Part shown: piece after piece, positions 57,481-64,000 of the stretch
Position numbering within the stretch: the stretch's first letter is position 1
Layout: every line of letters begins with the position of its first letter
Origin: Psammoneis japonica
Taxonomy: Eukaryota
Direction: 5' to 3'
Length of the DNA: 64,000 bases
Assembly: GCA_008632985.1 (NCBI GenBank)
Contig: QPGO01000093.1
Span: 186,001 to 250,000, forward strand
Program-made: the position numbers and the translations under genes
Notes under the pieces: generated by a model
Database searches by the model: none
The model's input: the letters and a program-made list of their open reading frames with translations, nothing else
Told to the model about the DNA's origin: nothing

Positions 57481-59849
57481 CAAAAGCAAGCGCAATTGCC
57501 ATGGACACATTGGCCAAAGCAGCTGCCAAGAAATGTCAAGGAATGACTGGCAAATTCTTCCATTGGCGGCAGTTCCCCTCAAACAAACAACGACTCTTCC
57601 AGCCCACTGAAGGTGTCCTTTTGCACCCAGCATTGTGTCCAGGCACTCAAGGAACATTGCCCGCTGCAGGGCAAAGGCAGAACTTGGCACACTGGACCTC
57701 TCCAAGATGCGGTTGATCCCCTTGCGTGCCCACAAGGTCTTGTGGATTTGAGCATCTTGACCATGGAAGATCATGAAACCAAGAAGACCAGCCCTCTCTT
57801 TCAACTTCTTTGTCAGAAGAATGGTTTCAATGGGTTCAACAGCTCCAAAACACAGAACATGTTCTGCAGTGCTGTTGTCAATTGGTTTTGTCAAACATCA
57901 GACTTTTGGGAGCAACCACTTGCTGAAGGATCTCCTGGAGGCAACAACCATGTTGCTGAGCATTTGCCACAATGCCAAGCGCCAATTCCACAATGAATCT
58001 TTGGTCAACATTCAAAACCCAGAAACACGCGATCCTGAAAAGTCAACCAAAGATTTGAGGGTGAATGTGTGGCTGCCTTTTGGCAATGTCATGCAAAAAA
58101 GTTGGTGGCAAATTAAATCTGTGAAGGGAACAAAGAACCATTTTGAAATGATGGCTTTGAAGGGATTGCATGTCAAGTTCCACTGTGAAACAAGTCATCC
58201 TGTTTTATCTGCAAAACAGCACTGGGGTTCAATCATTGACCATCACTCTGTTCCAAACGAAATCGCTCAGAGGAAGCAGGTGGACAAAAAGCTGCATCGC
58301 AAACCATGCCTCAACCATGAGAAGTTGAAGAAGGGCCATGTGGACAGCAACCATGATTGCATTTTTCATGACAAGCATTGCAAAGGGAGAAGGTTGAACA
58401 GTCGGACGATGACATGGAGGAAGATCCCTGCATTGCCAAACTTCCCACCGACATAAAATGCAAAGTGCCCATCTGTTGTGCGATGGGCTGCCAGAGGATT
58501 TTCCCATTTGGGCCATGTGACCCCAATGAGACACTGCCATTGGAGGCATTGTTTGACTTTGTTGCAGTTGGTGGCACAACCAGCATGTGTTGCAGCTTCC
58601 CTCTGGTGATGAAGACAAAGACTGTCAGTGTCCGCCGGACCAGCTGTGCAAGCCTCCTGCACCGCAATGACACTCCAAGTTGGTGGAGGCCATCACCAAC
58701 AACAAACACATCTTTGAAGTTCACTTCCCTGATGGACCAAGAAGGAAGGACTGCCACAAGGAGCTGCTGTCCCAGACTTGCATGGCATGAGTTTTGCAGA
58801 AGGATTTGTTGCCATCATTGCATGGATCACACTTTCAGCTGGGATGCAACAATGAAGGCAGAGTTGGAGGATGAAATGGAAGAGGTGAAGGAGAGCACTG
58901 AAGAGATGGATGAAATGGAAGCGGGAAGGAGGGCACTGAAGAGATGAATGACCTGCAACAGGCCAAGGCTGGCACTGCAACATTGCCGCTGCAAGACAAA
59001 AACGATGAGGAGCAAGATCAAGGTGGGGCCATGGATGAATCAACTGAGGATGAGGAGGAAGATGAAGACAAGGAAGAGGAAGATGAAAACAAAGACAAGG
59101 CCACAGAAGACTTGGCACTCAAAGACACAAAGGCAGGGAAGAAGGAGAGAGTGGGAGACGTGTCACAGACACCAGATGGATCTCATGAAAGACATCACTG
59201 GAGTGAGCAATGACGATGATCTCATTGGCCTTTGCAGCTCAAGGTCAAAAAGCAAAGGCAAAAGGAGCCACTGCATTGTGTTGGTTGAGCAAAAACCAGC
59301 AACACAAAGAAGAAAGGGATTGACTCAAGCGTGAGTGCAAAGATGCTCAAGTGATGTTGCGGGTTAAAAAACTCACTTGAATTGACCCAAGTTCATGGAG
59401 CACCAGGCGTCAGTGTCCTGGTGATTCTAAAGGAGCTGTTGCTCACTTGTTTGGTTGCTTTCAAGAATGGAACAAGGGTGTCATGTTGTGGGATCCGTGG
59501 TTTGATGTGCACTGCAATGAAATGAATGGCCATCCCATGGACATGTGTGTGGGCCTCATTGTTCATGCTGAACACAAACCAAACATTCCCAAGCAACTAA
59601 GTCGAAAATGCTTGAACAAGATCAAGGCCAAGGTGGATTAGATTTGCAACCCGCCACAGATTGCCAAACTCAAGAGATTGACTGAAGCAGAGATGCAAAA
59701 AGTTCCACCTGTTTTTTGGGGTGCTGATTTCACAGGTTGCAGCTTGGAGGGTGACCGTCCATTCTGTGTGACCCTGGATTGAGCTGAGTGCAATTTCAAG
59801 TTTTGGTTTCCAGATGTGTGGAATGATTGAAAAGTTTTAAAGCCATTGG

Positions 59850-60400
59850 ATGGTTGCTGTTTGCTTGTTGCCAGAAGGAAACGTGCCAATGCCATTGAAC
59901 AGTGACTTGCCGATGAGCAGCCAACCTGTGAAACTCATGCAAGAACAAAGTGACACTTGCATTTTTTTGTCCCTGGCCAGTGTTCTTGATCATGCTGGCA
60001 ACCTGGAAATGAGGGGCTGTGTTGCTTCTCACATCCAAACATCTGCCAACAGCACTGACTCTGACAACAAGCACATGTTGTTTGCAAAGAACATGTCGAA
60101 TGGTCGTTTGGAGGGAAAATTCCCGCCTGTGAACTCAAACATGAGGTTTTGTGGCAATGTCGATCGAACAATTTCCTTGGAAGTGGGTGGTGAATTTGAT
60201 GTGACGACCCTTGATGATGACTTCATGACTTTGTGCTGTCTTGTGAATGACCACTGCATTGCCTGGCACTGTGATTGGATCTTTGATTCCAACCACCATT
60301 TTGCATTGCCAGCAAAGGACATCAAGGGCTTGAATTGGTGTCTTGGAAACAAGGAACATGAGGTGAAGTGCATGGCAAAAAGCGTCTGCAACAAGTGTTC
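59850..60400 (+). pseudogene. Decayed coding remnant with a possible papain-like Cys/His/Asp motif set
   Basis: Q...TCIFLSLASVL...NDHCIAW..DWIFDSN..FALP...LNWCLG. It follows acidic low-complexity remnants at ~58850-59130. Confidence 0.4.
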
Positions 60401-62083
60401 ATGGTGCATCAGTTTGAACTTCCAAGGGTGGTGCAGCTGCAGGTGTGTGGCAAAAGGAAATTTTTTTTGTGTTGGATGATTCATCCAGTTGTGCAATTCA
60501 AAGCAACAAACACAGTGTTGGTTTGTTTTCCCATTGCCATTTTGTTCATCAGACTCATCTCTGTCACTGCTGTCCCCTGCCGTGCTCTCATCCTCCTCCT
60601 CATGGTCAGCTGATGCAGTGTCCTCCTTGTCATCATTCTCTCCCTCCACTCATCAGTTTTGCTGTTGTGATCCTCCTCCTCCTCCTCCAAACAGTCCTCA
60701 AAACAATCCATTGCCTCCCGCTGTTGGATGGCATCCACCAGAATTCCTTCATGCTTGTCATCACTCAAATGACATGGATCAAGAAGTGAAGCCTCGTTCC
60801 TGTTGCACATGCTTGGCAGCTCCAGAGAGGCTGATGGTTCATCAAGCTCAGTGTTGGCAACTGCAATTTGCTTGAGCAACACTCATGTCTGACATTCCTC
60901 AGCATCGCCAGGAGTCCACCATCCTCTGGCCCTTGGAACAGGGCTCAGATGTGTTCCCTTGCAAACCCACTCACCAGCCTCAACAGTTGTGGGTGGGTCA
61001 AACTCTTTCCACACCTTGTTCTCCTGTGCTTTGTGGGGGAGTTCATCCCATTGCAGCAGACAAAAGCCCTCCTCAGATTCACAAGACAATGTGGCACAGC
61101 TGTTTGCAGCAATTTCCTTTGCCATTTTTTGTCAGTCAAGAAGTCCAACACAGATTTGTGAACCAACTGCACCTTGCCCCCCCCCCCCCCCCTGTTCTCA
61201 CAGAGCGGCGGGCAGATGCCCCTCACTTCTCAACATCCTCGTCATTGACAAATGCAAGAGTTCCCACCTGCATCTCCCTTCTCTGTGAGATGGATGTTGT
61301 GTGCATGGAGGCTGAACTCGACAAGGCCAGATGGATGATTCAAGTCCAATTAATCAACTCAAATCGAATGTGACGTCAGCTCGTGCTGAAAAACTTGGCG
61401 AGCGCAATTGAGTCGTGATGTCCATTGCACTGAGTTATCCCACTGGGATGCCACAGGCAAACGTGTCACTCACAGAAATCAAACAGCCCCCAATGTGAAG
61501 CTCGTGATTTTCATCGCTTGCCCGCCCCATCAATCAACACTGAACACGGGAAACAACATGACTTTGTTCTCACTTCTCGTTCATCAGGTGCTTTGTGAAG
61601 GGAAGTCAGCGCTGACCGGCTGCTCTTTCGTCTGTGATTGCACGGAAAGACAATGGCAGTGCGAACGCTCAACACTGACATGGCGGGCCGGCAGTTGACA
61701 AAGCTGGTGCTTTCTAAAAAAGAATGTGTTGGATTGGGACGAGGAGTTTCTACTTTTGATGCTCGTCGGGTGCGGCCCACCTGCACAAATGTCACGTTCT
61801 CCTTGTGCGTCAATCAAGAATTGACCCAGAATCCTTGAGTCAGGACTGGGTTGAAAAACGACTTGCTCCTTCCCCCCCCCCAAACTTTTGTGGCTCAGCG
61901 GACGCCTCACCAAACCTTTGTGTTTGGACCATCAGAGATGGACGTCTCGACCCATCTGTTCTTTATGTTTTTTGTTCGTTTTTCCCTTTCGTCTGCCCAA
62001 AAGAAACTCACAAACTCATTTTCTCCTTGCGTCTCTCAACAGATTGTTGTGCACAATGTTGGTGAAGAAGCTCGTAGGCAGGC

Positions 62084-62731
62084 GATGCTTTCAAAATTTT
62101 GGGAATTGCATTTTTGGATCAAGCTCGCATTCACACGGATCGGTGTCATGGAGGAATTGAAGGCTCGTTTGGTGGAGAGGGAAACAGTCAAGTCGACACG
62201 AAAGCAAGCAATGGTGCTTTTCATGGACACTGTCAAGAAACGGCTGAAATTCGATCGTAAGACTGACAAAAAGGCAGCGCGCAATTACACAGGCAGTGGC
62301 CACAAGGAAGGAAATTAGCCCCACCTTGCACTCTGGAAAGTTGAGTCCGGAAATGAAAGCCCATGTTGACACCATCACAAAGGCGATGGGCAAGTCACAG
62401 AATTGTCCAGTCTTTCAGGGTGCAGTTCACCGGGGTGCCAACATTCGTGGTGCACATTTCAATTTGTTGCGTCCTGGAGCCACCTTCATGGACCCGGCTT
62501 TTGTGAGTGCCTCTCTGAAAGAGACTGTTGCTTGTGGTTTTCGTGGAAGCAAGAATGCACTCTTCAAGATTGAAAGTCCATCGGGTGTAAACGTGACAAA
62601 GAATCCAAAAACAAAGCTGAGTCAGAAATTCTTTTTCGACCTGGCACTGTGTTCATGATCACGGCGGTTGAGGAACATGACGATCCCGAGTGCGGAAAGT
62701 GGAAGTTTGTTTCAATGCGGGAGATTCATTG
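62084..62731 (+). pseudogene. ADP-ribosyltransferase (ARTC, R-S-E clade) pseudogene with two frameshifts
   Basis: AARNYTGSGHKE, then VHRG, FMDPAFVSASL and LFKIES..G.NV, then AESEILFRPGTVFMITAVE. A GGAA duplication lies at ~62306-62313 and a shift at ~62603. Confidence 0.82.
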
Positions 62732-63112
62732 ATTTTGGTGGAAATTGTCAGAGACGGATGCAGGTTTGGATTTAGAAGACAATGGCAACTGCAGAAAACT
62801 TCCCGCTCTCTCCATCTGGAGGTGAGGTCTTGGGGGCCCATGTGGCACAGACAGGAGTGCTTGTTCCTGTCGCAGTGTGTGTTGTTGGCTGAGAAAGTGT
62901 GCTGGTGACATTCTCAGTTGTCGTTCATTGTTTTCGCTCGCATTCTCTTTGTTGTGTTTGATTGCTTAATTTGCGCCCACCCTTCCATCGGATCCATCTT
63001 GCGGCTTGCACTGCAAACCCCAGCAGTGTTCCGGGGGTGGCAAACACAGATTGGTGGGACTCTTCCACGTCATGAGCAGTGGACTCATTCACACTAAAGA
63101 CGTGTTCCAGCT

Positions 63113-63480
63113 CTAGGTGGGACCTCGTACTACTGAACTGTGACACAATTATTTTTTATCATCCGTCGTATGTTTCGCGCGTACATTTCTACGTGTTCTA
63201 TTATAAAAAATTGTTCCACACTGCCTGTTTTGCGAAGCCAAAGGCTTTCTGTTATCTGCACTTATGTCAATAAAAATGCGCTGGGTATATTCTTTAATGT
63301 CTAAAGAATATACCCGGGCATACTGTAAAGAATGTACTTCAAGTGTGGAGGAGGAGATACGTTCGCAAAATTGCCTCTTTTTCTGTTGGCGATCATTCAT
63401 ATATGCATTGCTTAATAATTTTACTACGGAGCTCGCACGTAGAATTCTACGGGCCCAATGTCACAAAAAGTCCCACCTAG
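63113..63480. mobile_element. ~368 bp palindromic MITE-like element, not TpA-depleted
   Basis: Ends CTAGGTGGGAC (63113-63123) and GTCCCACCTAG (63470-63480). Central 14-bp stem GGGTATATTCTTTA/TAAAGAATATACCC (63283-63315). TA-rich relative to its flanks. Confidence 0.75.
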
Positions 63481-64000
63481 GACTGGAACCCGTCTAAAGC
63501 ATGGACTTAGTTGTGTGAGCCTTCCCCCCTTGTAGTTGATTTGGCTCATGTCTGACCTGGACATGTGGAGCAACTCCGGCAACCACCAATGGGAATTGCT
63601 CGGCTCAAGTCCTGTGGGCATGGTGGAAAAGGAGTCAGCAACTGCCAGCAGCAGCGAACGCGGCTCAAGCCTGTCCTTGCATGACTCCTCAAGACGTGAA
63701 TGACATTGTCCATGTTGTGACACAGGTTTGCATCCAAAAAGAAAAGAGTCGTCCTGTGAACAGCTCCATGATTGAGTGCACATTCAGTCGAATTGCTTCT
63801 GCCTTTCTCGCAACTTCAGATTTGGTGTGCTCACTTGGGCTGCGCGAGAACAAGACTGGCAGTGGAGGAGTCGCTGAAAGAACTGCTGCTCCCACATTCC
63901 AACGTTGATCTGCCGAGTTCACGTGGGATTGTGCACCGCATCACTGTGTTCATTTCTTTTTTTGCCATTGTGTCACTTTGAAAAGTGCAAAGCAGCCTTC

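Larger units (their letters stand above)
51800..63100. repeat. Large TpA-depleted block with decayed coding remnants and local repeats
   Basis: TA is rare throughout and ORFs are Tyr-poor and Cys/His-rich. CpG is more retained at the edges. The signature resumes after ~63535. Confidence 0.78.

Noticed and set aside
42136..62731. NADAR plus ART as a DarT/NADAR-type toxin-antitoxin pair
   Set aside because: They are about 19 kb apart, the ART is a broken ExE-type gene, and NADARs also have housekeeping roles.

Overview
Eukaryotic genomic window, most likely a diatom (short GT-AG introns, signal peptide plus S-A-F motif, helicase-associated domains, LPLH ankyrin-like repeats). It has two sharply different compartments. 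(1) Gene-rich blocks of ordinary composition (~2.4-5.6 kb, ~17.8-44.2 kb, ~46-51.7 kb) encode an alpha/beta hydrolase, NmrA-like protein, LVIVD-metzincin protease, amino-acid transporter, NHP2, DUF1415, bestrophin, SPX-GDPD, EF-hand protein, a Tudor/AT-hook/HA protein, GNAT, family II PPase, NADAR, DUF4336, a Crinkler/RHS-like NTPase-REase and an F-box protein. (2) Repeat and pseudogene blocks (~1-2.4 kb, ~5.7-17.75 kb, ~44.25-45.93 kb, ~51.8-64 kb) have almost no TpA, reduced CpG and excess TpG/CpA. Tyr codons in recognisable dead genes appear as His/Cys, repeat copies differ as TTAA vs TTGA, and surviving TA sites are mostly in YTAR context. The main candidate discovery is a regional TpA->TpG/CpA hypermutation process acting on repeats, opposite in direction to fungal RIP. 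The window also holds a ~4.9 kb foldback-like palindrome, two MITE-like elements at different stages of decay, and an ADP-ribosyltransferase pseudogene. Several single-base frameshifts in conserved genes suggest assembly indel errors. All counts and alignments were done by eye.
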